Positions 46,728 to 57,600 of a stretch of DNA of 64,000 bases are shown here, one piece after another. The notes beneath the pieces were generated by a model. It searched no databases. It was not told where the DNA came from and saw nothing but the letters and a program-made list of their open reading frames with translations. Position 1 is the stretch's first letter. Every line of letters starts with the position of its first letter. Source of the DNA: a virus; the IMG/VR virus record IMGVR_UViG_3300020442_000013, positions 37,245 through 101,244 of that record. One strand, written 5' to 3'. A program made the translations under genes and the position numbers.

Positions 46728-47165
46728 ATGAATAATATTGTTTGTAGTGGTGCTCTCTTCTATACTTTAGACACCCATAGATTTTTATTTTTATTTAGAT
46801 CAAATGGAAAAAAAGCAGGATTATGGGGTTTAGTTGGAGGAACAAATGAAGGAGTAGAAACTCCTTTTGAAGGGCTACAAAGAGAAATTAAAGAAGAAAT
46901 CGGTAGCTTACCTGAGATAAAAAAAGTGCTTCCTTTAGAATCTTTTGTATCAAATGACGCACATTTTCATTTCCATACATATCTCTGTGTAATAAAAAAT
47001 GAATTTATACCAACACTAAACAACGAACACAGCGGTTATGCTTGGTGTAGTTTTAGAAACTGGCCTAAACCTTTACACTTAGGGTTACGTAATACCTTAC
47101 AAAGCAAAGCTAATCTAACTAAACTAGAAACTGTATTCGAAACAATTAATTTACTTGACAAGTAA
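46728..47165 (+). CDS. NUDIX hydrolase
   Basis: WGLVGG..EGVET..EGLQREIKEEIG, LNNEH..YAW; GATAATTA 5 nt before ATG. Confidence 0.85.
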   Translation: MNNIVCSGALFYTLDTHRFLFLFRSNGKKAGLWGLVGGTNEGVETPFEGLQREIKEEIGSLPEIKKVLPLESFVSNDAHFHFHTYLCVIKNEFIPTLNNEHSGYAWCSFRNWPKPLHLGLRNTLQSKANLTKLETVFETINLLDK

Positions 47166-47183
47166 GTTTAGAGAAAGTAAAAT
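47155..47183 (+). promoter_or_regulatory. Sigma70-type promoter (TTGACA-17-TAAAAT), 6 nt from the hldE ATG
   Basis: ttgaca agtaagtttagagaaag taaaat gaattt ATG. Confidence 0.75.
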
Positions 47184-47189
47184 GAATTT

Positions 47190-48440
47190 ATGATAAGAGT
47201 ATACGGTGACATCATGTTAGATAGATGGATACTAGGAGATGCCACACGGATAAGTCCTGAAGCTCCTGTACCTGTTTTATTAGAACAAGAACAAAAATAT
47301 AGTATAGGTGGAGCAGGAAACTTAGCTCTTAATATACAATCTATCAATGGAGATGTATACTTATATGGAAATGTTGGACAAGATAAAGAAGGATTTAAAC
47401 TACTAGAATTACTTGGAGCAACAAAATTAAACACAAATATTGCTAGTGATCATGATATTACTACAACCAAATCTAGATTAGTTGGACAACAAGGACAACA
47501 CATTGTACGTTGGGACAAAGAGAAAAAATACACAGGCCAAGATGCATTTGAAAGATTAGTATCTTCTATTGAAGCACTTGACATTATCTGTATAAGTGAT
47601 TATAACAAAGGCACAGTTACAGAAGCTACAATAGAAAGAGTTTTAACCAAAACAAATAGAATTCTTGTTGATCCAAAACAAAATTATAAAATTTATCGCG
47701 GTGCGTTATTAGTCAAACCAAATATGAAAGAGTATAATGAATGGAACGGACCTTATAATCCTGAAACAGCATTAGATTTTATGAAAAAAAATAATTGGAG
47801 ATGGTTGGTTGTAACTGACGGTGCAAACGGTATGCATGTTCTAAACGATAGCGGAGAATATAAAAGATTTATAGAACCGGTAGCAGAAGTTGCAGACGTT
47901 ACTGGAGCAGGCGATACTGTACTAGCAATAATTGCACACGGTATAGAAAAAGGTATGGGAATATTTGATGCTTGTAAGATAGCTTGTTATGGTGCTGCAA
48001 GGATAGTTGAAAAAAGAGGTGTGGCAATAGTAAACCATTTAGATCTAAATCAAGGAATAGTTTGGACTAATGGTGTATTTGATATATTGCACACAGGACA
48101 TTTAGAATTACTTAGATATGCAAGCACACTTGGTAAAAAACTTATTGTTGGCATAAACAGTGATGAAAGCACAAAAAAACTTAAAGGAAATGATAGACCA
48201 ATCAATAATCAATCTGTTAGAAAACAAAATTTACAAACTTTGCCTTGGGTAGATGAAGTAGTAATTTTCAATCAAGAAACACCTAAAGAAATAATTAGTA
48301 AGACAAAACCTAATATAATAGTAAAAGGCGGAGACTATACAGTTGAGACTGTAGTAGGTAATGAGATTGCTAATGTAGTAATTTTTCCTACTGTAAAAGG
48401 ACATAGTACAACTGAAATTATAGAGAAGATGAAAAAATGA
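47190..48440 (+). CDS. hldE: Bifunctional heptose-7-P kinase / heptose-1-P adenylyltransferase
   Basis: GD.MLD, RISPEAPVPV, GGAGN.A, SDYNKG, DVTGAGDT; TNGVFDILH.GH, GINSD, KG..RP, KGGDY, GHSTT. Confidence 0.95.
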   Translation: MIRVYGDIMLDRWILGDATRISPEAPVPVLLEQEQKYSIGGAGNLALNIQSINGDVYLYGNVGQDKEGFKLLELLGATKLNTNIASDHDITTTKSRLVGQQGQHIVRWDKEKKYTGQDAFERLVSSIEALDIICISDYNKGTVTEATIERVLTKTNRILVDPKQNYKIYRGALLVKPNMKEYNEWNGPYNPETALDFMKKNNWRWLVVTDGANGMHVLNDSGEYKRFIEPVAEVADVTGAGDTVLAIIAHGIEKGMGIFDACKIACYGAARIVEKRGVAIVNHLDLNQGIVWTNGVFDILHTGHLELLRYASTLGKKLIVGINSDESTKKLKGNDRPINNQSVRKQNLQTLPWVDEVVIFNQETPKEIISKTKPNIIVKGGDYTVETVVGNEIANVVIFPTVKGHSTTEIIEKMKK

Positions 48441-49072
48441 AAGCTGAAACACTTGCGGAAAATATTGTAAAAGGATCTGGCGGTCATGGACTTAAGAAAA
48501 ATCAATTAATAAAAATTTTTAACAATATAGAAAATTTAGAAGATTTTGCTTACACTTTAAAAAAAGTTTTAGAACACGGTGGAAAAGATTATCTTACTAC
48601 GCAGGTTTTTCAAACTGATATTCCTAGTTTCGATACCTTTACAAAATGGTTTCATATAGATGAGAAATACGATAACAGTTGGGGATTTGATAAAAAAGAT
48701 GCAGGTTGTTATATGTATGGATTATACAAAGAGAAACCACCAACTAGTGTTGATATTTTAGATCCTGGTGTAATTTACATAGGAGAAAGCAGAGCGACTA
48801 CAAGAAATTGTATGTTAGGTAGACGCACAGACTTTAAAGGTACTGTACGTAATGATAGATTATCGCCTTATGGTTGTGGAACAGCTTTTAAAGAAAAGTT
48901 TGGCAGAGACAATATTAATTTTGTTTATCAATGTTATTTGCCTATGCATAACAGTCTTGTAAAAGAAGTAGAAATGCAGATGCTTTGCATGTATTACAAA
49001 AAGTATAATACAATTCCTGCGTGTAACCCGGAAAATGATTTACGTAGGGTAAAATTAAGAATGGAAAATTAA
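48437..49072 (+). CDS. GIY-YIG-like domain protein
   Basis: GCYMYG...VIYIGES...R...E......Y...P.CN. Confidence 0.5.
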   Translation: MKAETLAENIVKGSGGHGLKKNQLIKIFNNIENLEDFAYTLKKVLEHGGKDYLTTQVFQTDIPSFDTFTKWFHIDEKYDNSWGFDKKDAGCYMYGLYKEKPPTSVDILDPGVIYIGESRATTRNCMLGRRTDFKGTVRNDRLSPYGCGTAFKEKFGRDNINFVYQCYLPMHNSLVKEVEMQMLCMYYKKYNTIPACNPENDLRRVKLRMEN

Positions 49073-49413
49073 TGGATCATTTAAGAAAGTATATTGGACT
49101 TTACATGACTGCAATGATATTGCCGTTCATGTTTGGATACGGAGTAAGCGAAGAACATCCAATATGGGTATGGTGGCTAATATTTGTTATTGTAATATGG
49201 AAAGTTCCGCCTTATAGTATTGGTGATCGATTCTGGGGTAATGTTGCACGATTCTATGAATGGCTGTTTCAAGTACCTATGAGTTGGATAAAGAAATCAC
49301 CAAAATGGTTTCAATATACTTTTGTGATTGTAATGATTATATTGTTTGAAGAATTTATATTTTCTCCGTTAGGATATACTATGTACCCTTGGAGAATGGA
49401 TTTTGGAAGTTAG
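49072..49413 (+). CDS. Membrane protein
   Basis: Trp-rich, three hydrophobic segments; TAATG coupling. Confidence 0.55.
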   Translation: MDHLRKYIGLYMTAMILPFMFGYGVSEEHPIWVWWLIFVIVIWKVPPYSIGDRFWGNVARFYEWLFQVPMSWIKKSPKWFQYTFVIVMIILFEEFIFSPLGYTMYPWRMDFGS

Positions 49414-49423
49414 GAAAGTAAGG

Positions 49424-49834
49424 ATGAATATATTTAAAAAAATTAATCAATCTATACCAGATTTTTGTTTGAGTCATTGGCTATTTAGAATACCTTTAGC
49501 TATAGTTTTTATACAACAAGGGTTATCTAAATTACCTGTGACTATTGAGGAGGCAAGTTCTTTTGATTTACCATACTTAGTATGGTGGTTTGTAGCTTAT
49601 GGTGAACTTGGTGGCGGACTAGGTTTAATTGCAGGCGGTGTAGTAGCACGTTGGTGGGAAGAGATTGGAGATCTTGTTACACGGTTTAGCGGAATTACTA
49701 TATGTTCAATTATGACAGGAGTAATATGGATTGGTCAACCTGAAAACGTAATGGATGTATTATTATATGATAATCTACATGTATTTTTATGGGTAGGCGG
49801 ATTATATTTTGCTCTAAGAGGAAACAGACGATAA
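49424..49834 (+). CDS. DoxX-family membrane protein
   Basis: RIPLAIVFIQQGLSK, VAYGELGGGLGL. Confidence 0.75.
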   Translation: MNIFKKINQSIPDFCLSHWLFRIPLAIVFIQQGLSKLPVTIEEASSFDLPYLVWWFVAYGELGGGLGLIAGGVVARWWEEIGDLVTRFSGITICSIMTGVIWIGQPENVMDVLLYDNLHVFLWVGGLYFALRGNRR

Positions 49835-50652
49835 TGAAAATATTAGTGACTGGATACAAAGGATTTATAGGACAGAATATGTCTCATTACCTAATGAGCA
49901 AAGGTCACGAAGTAGAAGGTTGGGACTTTATGGAAAATGCTGTGCCTGATCCAAGCAGTTATGATTGGGTAATACATCTTGGTGCAATAAGCGATACAAC
50001 ATGCACAGATGTAGAACAAATAATGGCACAAAACTTTGAAAACAGTATGAGACTTTTACAAACCTGTGATACAATGGGTACTAATATACAATATGCTTCT
50101 AGTGCAAGTGTATATGGTCCTACAACACACTTTAAAGAAGACGGAAAACTTTTACCACAGTCTCCTTACGCTTGGAGCAAATATCTGTTTGATAGATTTG
50201 TAAAACAGCATATTGACGACTTTAAAGTAATTGTGCAAGGATTTAGATACTTTAATGTGTATGGTCCTTATGAAGATCATAAAGGTGATCAAGCAAGTCC
50301 TTACACAAAATTTACTAAACAAGCTAAAGAAAATAAAACTATAAAGGTTTTTGAAAATAGCGAAAATTACAAAAGAGATTTTGTATGTGTAGATGATGTT
50401 TGTCAAATTCATGAAAAGATGTTTGATGTAGATAAGACTGATATTTGGAATGTAGGAACAGGCAAGCCAGAAAGTTTTGATGCTGTAGCCAGAACAATAG
50501 CCGATAAGCATGGCGCCGAGATTAAATATATACCTATGCCAGATAACTTAAAAAGTCAATATCAAAAATATACTTGTGCAGATTTAACAAAATTAAATTC
50601 AGTAGTAAACCATAAATGGATAGATATTAAGGATTATATAAATGGAAGTTGA
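49834..50652 (+). CDS. hldD: ADP-L-glycero-D-manno-heptose 6-epimerase-like extended SDR
   Basis: ILVTG.KGFIG, HLGAISDTT, YASSASVYG, Y..SK, FRYFNVYGP.E.HKG.QAS, RDFV, YQ.YT.AD. Confidence 0.9.
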   Translation: MKILVTGYKGFIGQNMSHYLMSKGHEVEGWDFMENAVPDPSSYDWVIHLGAISDTTCTDVEQIMAQNFENSMRLLQTCDTMGTNIQYASSASVYGPTTHFKEDGKLLPQSPYAWSKYLFDRFVKQHIDDFKVIVQGFRYFNVYGPYEDHKGDQASPYTKFTKQAKENKTIKVFENSENYKRDFVCVDDVCQIHEKMFDVDKTDIWNVGTGKPESFDAVARTIADKHGAEIKYIPMPDNLKSQYQKYTCADLTKLNSVVNHKWIDIKDYINGS

Positions 50653-51058
50653 AAGACTTAGTGGTGTTGTACAAAAAGGTTGGGGATACGAACTAATTTG
50701 GGCAACTAATGACAAGTACTGTGGTAAAATTATGGTATTTGAAAAGAAGGGTAATAAATTTTCTATGCATTTTCATCGTGAAAAAGATGAAACATGGTTT
50801 GTAAATAATGGTAAATTCAAAATAAGATGGATTGATACAAAAACTGCTACATTGCATGAGCAAGAATTAATTGAAGGCCAAACTTGGCATAATCCACCGT
50901 TACAACCTCATCAACTAGAATCACTAGAAGATGGTAGTAGCATAACCGAAGTCAGTACACCTGACTCAGTAGAAGATAATTATAGAATTATTCCCGGAGA
51001 TAGTCAAAGTGAACGAACAACAGATACCAGTGACGGAAGTACCGCAACCGATAATTAG
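50642..51058 (+). CDS. Cupin (sugar isomerase/epimerase-like) in the heptose cluster
   Basis: KGWG.ELIW, YCGK, FSMHFH.EKDETW, P.QPH, EVST.D...D.YR..PGDSQ. Confidence 0.75.
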   Translation: MEVERLSGVVQKGWGYELIWATNDKYCGKIMVFEKKGNKFSMHFHREKDETWFVNNGKFKIRWIDTKTATLHEQELIEGQTWHNPPLQPHQLESLEDGSSITEVSTPDSVEDNYRIIPGDSQSERTTDTSDGSTATDN

Positions 51059-51665
51059 ATGGTCCTCGGACATTCCAAACTTAATCCAAAGTAACGACAG
51101 AAATAAAAAAATTGTTATAGGATTAGATAGAGATGGTGTTATAAATGTAGACCTAGGAACATATGTCACTAAGCCAGAAGATTTTGAACCTATTCCTGGT
51201 AGCTTAGAAGCAGTCGCTACAATCAAAAGATTAGGATTTCAAGTTGTAATTATAACCAATCAAGGTGGTATTGCAAAAGGCATAATGACACAAGCTGATG
51301 TTAACCGAGTACATGATCGTATGTTTAAATTGCTAGGTGAAGCTGGTTGTGCTTTTATTGAAGCATTATACTACAGTGAAACTAATAGAAAAGACGACAA
51401 ATTTGCAAAACCAAATATAGGTATGTTTAAAAGATGTCAAGATGAACATCCTGATATTAGATTTTCTAGAGGATATTATGTTGGAGATAAAATTTCCGAT
51501 TTAAAAGCCGCAATGAAAATAGGAGCAAAACCTATTTTGGTTCGTACTGGTTATGGTAAAGAAACTGAAAAACTTCTAAATAGATTTACCTATAAAAAAA
51601 TAAAAGCTAAAACAAAAGTATATGATGATTTAAAAAGTTTTGTCGATACTTTAGATCAAGCCTGA
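51009..51665 (+). CDS. gmhB: D-glycero-D-manno-heptose 1,7-bisphosphate phosphatase (HAD IIIA)
   Basis: LDRDGVIN, ITNQGGIAKG, KPNIGM, VGDK.SD..AA, LVRTGYG; the usual Zn-binding Cys/His residues are absent. Confidence 0.88.
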   Translation: MNEQQIPVTEVPQPIIRWSSDIPNLIQSNDRNKKIVIGLDRDGVINVDLGTYVTKPEDFEPIPGSLEAVATIKRLGFQVVIITNQGGIAKGIMTQADVNRVHDRMFKLLGEAGCAFIEALYYSETNRKDDKFAKPNIGMFKRCQDEHPDIRFSRGYYVGDKISDLKAAMKIGAKPILVRTGYGKETEKLLNRFTYKKIKAKTKVYDDLKSFVDTLDQA

Positions 51666-54600
51666 GCTTCACCCCATTTAAGCAAAATATTAGCGTTGGT
51701 GTCTGAACCAGCAATCTTGTAAATGTTAATAGCTAACACATCAGGCCCATTTGGAAATGTTCCTCTACCACCTAATGGTGTATTTGTAATTTCTTTCAAA
51801 TCTTTAAGATCTAGTGTTGAACGTTCTCCTGGAACAGCAATAAATGAAAATACTGTTTCTCCTGGAAGAGCAAACGGTGGTTGTTCAAATGTAAATTCTA
51901 CTGTGCCGGATCCATTTGCAAGTGTACCTGTAAATGCATTGTTAAAAATAACTTCATAATAAGTAGTGCCTGCCCATGTTTTTAATGCTACACTAGATAC
52001 TAATGAACCAGCTGGCCATGTAACGCTTCCGCCTGTAGCTGCAGTACCGTTAGCCGCTCCTGCGTTTACCCAAGAAGTTTGATCGAATAATGCTTTGTTT
52101 GAATTCGTCTGTGGATTATTCAAAGTAATCGTAAAGTGATCTGTTTGATTTTGGGCAATGTTACCACCACTAATACGTTGACTTAGATAAAAGTATCCAT
52201 AGGTACCTGTTGGGCTAATGTATCCACCATTTATAACAGTACCAGCTTGCACTCTTGTACCTGAAATGTTTCTTCCCAATACATGATCTAAACTGTTATC
52301 CCCAAAAGTATTTCTATAGTCAGCGGCACCTATATACACATATCTACTGTTGTTATACGAAGTATATATTCCTGAATCAATTGCCGCTGTTGTTGTTGCA
52401 AGAGCAGTAGCACTTGCAGTAGTTGATGATACACCAGTACTCCAGTTAACAGAAGTACCTGAAGCAACTTGAGCAAAACTAGGCTGTCCACCTTGTGCAA
52501 GTCCTGCTAGTCCGTTCCAACCAACATCAACAGGGTTAATTGGGTAATTCTGTGGATTGATAACACCTTCAACAATAATACCTTTACCATCACCTGCTTC
52601 TGAAGTAACCTCAATACCATTAAGCAATAACTGAGCTCTGTTAAGTAGTTCGCGTTCTCCTAGGTCACCAATAATAGCGTTTGATACGCTAGGTGCTAGT
52701 CTAAGTAGGAATGCTGTCTGTTTAATTGTACTGACAGTGATGTTGGTTTCTGGATAGGAGAAAATATATCCTCTATCTTCATCAAACCCACCATCTGTTA
52801 TAAATGCCGAACCCCAGTGACTAATTAAAGGAGTAATCGTGTTTGAAATAAGCACAACTCCTGTGTTAATAACATGAGTAGTTGCTGTCCCTGCAGAATA
52901 TGTTCTCTGTGCTCCTGCTTGGAAATTGGCAAATGTTGTGCCTCTTACACAGTTTTGTAAATTATTTCCGCTTATTCCGTCATATTGTATTATTTCATTA
53001 TTAATATAAACTGTACCACTTTTTGGAAAGAAACTTGCATCTTTTAATGGGATAGTAGTTTGTGTAGCATCAATAGCTGCACTTAATTGTCCTGGAGGTC
53101 CTTCATTAGTTACTTCATACCTAACCGGCAAGTTACCTGATCTCATAAATGCTTCTGTGTTGACGTTTGAATTACGCATTCTATGGCAGTATACAAAATT
53201 TCCATCTGCTCCACGTACCATATAGTCGATAAAACCAGCACCGTACCAACTGTATTGAATACCAATCATCTGCATTTTTGCAGGGTCCATATTGTATTTA
53301 GATTTACCTGTGCCGTCTAATTTGTCAATATTAAAGTCTTGTTGTTTAACTTTTCTATCTGTAACATACATCATCTTAGCGCCAGTGATATCATTCACAC
53401 CCCTAAAGTCTGGAGTAACTGTACAATTTGTGTCGTCTGTTACGTTAGTGACAACATGGGTCATTCCTTTGATAATGACCCTGTCTCCTGCTTTTAATTG
53501 TTTTGTAAATTTAGTATTTGTACCAGTAATTAAGTTAGCATCTGCTAACATTGCAATAGTACCAGCTAATTGGAATGTACCTGTTCGTTGAACAACATTA
53601 ATATTCACTCCATCATATTCCCAGAAAATTCCGTTTTGATCATCAAATACTCCTGCTCTAACAGTAGCACCGTGCCATGTAACAACACTCATCTGTGCGT
53701 TAAACCCTAGGTCAGGAGTGGTGCTTCCTAGTCTACGTTTAGCTCTAACTTTAAATGTTCTTTCATCTGTTACTTGTACAACTTCATAATCTTCATAAGG
53801 TTGATAATCATTTCCATTACCTGGACCACTATTGTATCCTTCAGTTTCTATACCGAGTAATCTAATTACACCGCCAATCTGTACTCCATGATCATGATCA
53901 TCTGTGACTACTGTAATTAATGAATTTATTTCTACACCATCAGCAGTAACACTTTGAAGATCATAACTAGGTGCAAATAATGCACCAGTGGTATACATAA
54001 TACCTTTACCTGATTGATATCTAATATATTTTTTACTTTGACGTATCGCTTGTGCGCCATGTTGTGGCCCGCCTGTACCTAACTGCACACCTCCATCAAA
54101 TGGTCTATGTATAAAAAAGCTGTCTGGTTTTGGATAAACGATTGCAATAATATCGCTTGCACTTGTATCAATTGTTCCTGCCGCTCTAGCTTGATATCTA
54201 ATTTTATCTACAGCGGGAATATTTGTTGCAATAAAAGTACCGTCAGCTAGACTATGATTATTTGACCCATCATCTGACTGTGTGGTTACAATAAAACTAC
54301 TGCCGGGTACTAATCCGTGTGCATTTGGAAAGTCTATCTCTAGTGTTGCTAATGCTTCAAAACTAATACTTGTGCTTGCAGCAATTTGTGAAGTAGTAGC
54401 TTCTGTCATTGTAAATGTACATAATAAATTCAAAATATCTGCTTGTGCAGGCTGTCCAGATACAACATCAAAAGATGCGAAGTTGCCATTAGTTGATACT
54501 ATTGTAAGATCATTTGCAGGAGTTGCGCCGCCTAGTAAATTACCAGGAACAACAACTTTGTCTCCTGTAACATAACCAGCACCATTATTATAACTTATAC

Positions 54601-57600
54601 TTTCGTAGATTCCGGTTGAGTCTTGTGATGACCTAGTAACATTAAATAATGCACTAGTGCCGCTTGGTGATCTATTACTAGAATTTACAGAAGTAGCACC
54701 AAATGCTCCCTGTGATGCAGTTCCTGATATACTCACAGAAGTCACTTCACCTCTTGCAGTTGAATCATCTGATACAACACCAGTAATTGTAATTGTTAAA
54801 TCATTAGCAGGTGATAAACCTGCTAAGTCTGTGCCCAGAATAGTAAATGTTTGATTCAAACCGTAATTAGAACCGCCATCACCTGGACTATCAAAGTCAA
54901 TACTATAAACTCCTCCAGATGTGCTAATGTCTGCAATAAAGCCTGATCCTATTAATTTGGTTCCTGCTTGATTAGTATACTGTGCGCCATTTACTGCTGT
55001 TCCAGATGGTGAAAATCCTGTTATAGCACCGCTACCTAAATCTATACCTGTGATTTTTACTACACAATCGTTAGCAGGAGTTGAACCCCCTAAAATGTTT
55101 CCTGGTACTGTAATTGTTTCCCCACTCATAAAACTATCGCCGCCAACTAAATTTACCAAACCGTATGTTGTGCCATTTGTTCTTACTGTGAAACTTGCAT
55201 TTTGTCCTGTACCTGCTCCTACTGTTTGTACCACAAAGGTTAAATTAGCAGCGCCACCACCGCCTAAATCACTGTCTTGAATTGTGATTGTATCGCCTTG
55301 TGAATGGCCAGACCCTATTGTCTTTATATCCAAATTTGATACAGCACCTGAAGCATTGATAGTAATATCAAAAGTTCCTACAACACCCGATCCACTAGAT
55401 GTACCTGACACATTGAGATACGTGCCTGCTGTTCGTGATGCATCTCCAGCTGAAAAGTTACCAACAAGCAGATGTGATCCTGGTGCGGACATAATCATTT
55501 CAGTGCTGTCGTCTGTGATGGCAAAATCATTAACTGCATCAGGTGCTGTACCTGTTTGAGTAGTACCTGTAATTCCACCAGTACCATTCACACTAGAAAC
55601 CGTTATAACAAGGTCATGTGTACCATCAATTCCATTTGTTCCAAATGTTGAACCTGGAATAATTATTCTGTCATTCACTATATAATCAGCACCAGGTGCA
55701 GTAATTGTTACTGCTTGGAACGTGTTATTAGTAAAATCAACAGTAAAGTTTGCGCCACCACCTTGACCACCATTAGTTGTTGGTGTTAAACCGGTATAGG
55801 TTGCAGTACCATCAAAAGGTGTGCCTGACACTATAGATAAAGATGTAACTCCTCCTACAGCATCAACACTTTCTACTTTTAATATTAAATCGTTGTTAGG
55901 ACTTGTACCACTAAGATTATTACCTACGATTTTTACGACATCAGCTACTTCATAATTTTGTCCTGGATTAGTTATGTTACCTACGCTGTATGCAGTTCCG
56001 TTAGAACTTATTTCTACCTGTAAGTTTGCTCCTGATGGAGTATAATTATTTGCTTGTACTCCACTGTACGTAGCTGTGTTGGCTGTCAAAGGGGCTGTTA
56101 ATGCACTTGATAAAGTAATTACATTTGTGCCTTGATCTACTGTTTCAACATACGTTGCAACACCGTCTCCTCTATCAAAAGCCAAATTTGGTACTACACC
56201 AGTTGCATCTAGTAGTGTAATAGATTGTGCACCTATTAGTGTATCTGTAGCAATGTCGGGAGTTAAAAACGAACCTCCGCCTGCTGAATTATCTATAACT
56301 GCTGTAGTCTGTGAACCTGTTGGTATGGATGCATTTACTAAAGGAGCACCAATAGTTGGTGATGTTCCGTCATATGGTATACGTGTTTCACCTTGTGGAA
56401 CTATTACTTCTGCTGTTAATGTTCCGGATGCACCCTGTGATACCACTGTAAATCCTTGAATAGCCACTGCGGCTTGTGGACTACCAATAGCTGCACCTGT
56501 GTAAAATCCTGCTTTCCTTAATTGTGTATAATTTGTATAAAGAACTTCTCCGTTAGTACTTCCTACTTTTGCTTTAGCAAAGTATGTAAAACTAGTTGTG
56601 CTTGGTACTGTGTATATTATAAAAGAGCCTTCAGCTCTTGCCGCTCCTGCAACGGAGTTTTCTAATGCTTTGATAGTAATAGGATCGCCTTCAATAAAAC
56701 CGTGCGGCGAAACTGTTGTAACTGTAATTAAACTTTGACCTACACCTGAAGTACCTGCACTAGCATCTGTTACAACTGATTGTACATCTGTTGTTGTTCC
56801 AGGAACTTCATATATACTAGGATACCCTCTAAGTGTTCCTATAGCTGACCATTTAGTAGGTTGTAGTCCATATTCAAAGTCAGCATCAAGCATAGCCAAT
56901 GGTGATGCATGACGCATACGTTCAATAGCATCAACACCAAAATCATAAGGGCGAACAGCAAGTTCTGGAGCTTCTTTGAATATTTGCAAATCATCATTTG
57001 CAGTATGTGCTGACGTGTCTTTGTTAAGCGTTAATGTCGTAACAGCATCTGTAATTTGTAAAAATTTTGGAAAATCTGTATCTGTTGAATATTGGTCTTG
57101 TGAAATTGTACCGCCAAGTTCGTTGTTTGAAAAATTAAATATTACTTCATTTGTAGTTGAATTTGTAATTAATAGTAAATCTTCTAGCTCGCATCTGCCT
57201 TGAAATTTAATTGTACCTGCACCTGTAGGAACATGCGTAGGTAAAGCAGATAAGCCTGTAGTAATTACATTTATAATTATGTTAGATAATTCTGTTATTC
57301 GAGCAGTGACTCCTGACTCAGTTGTTTTACTGTTATCAATCACTTGACTAGATGCACTTAAACTTGTATGAGCAGTATTTGTTAAAATAAAATTGTTAAT
57401 TATGTTTCTTATTTCTGTATGATAATTTATTTCAGCTTGTCTTGTACCTGAGATTTGTGCAGTGGCTCCTTCCCAAAAGAATCTTGCATTTTTGCTTGTT
57501 TCTTGATTGCCACCATATCTTAAATCATGTAGGTATGCATCTATAATGAGTCCTACATCTTTTTGTGTTTTTGTAATATCAAAAGTATAGCCTGAAAACC

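Noticed and set aside
47190-51665. Host chromosomal contamination explaining the LPS genes
   Set aside because: The genes overlap or abut phage structural genes on both sides (gmhB overlaps the fibre gene stop) and share their composition.
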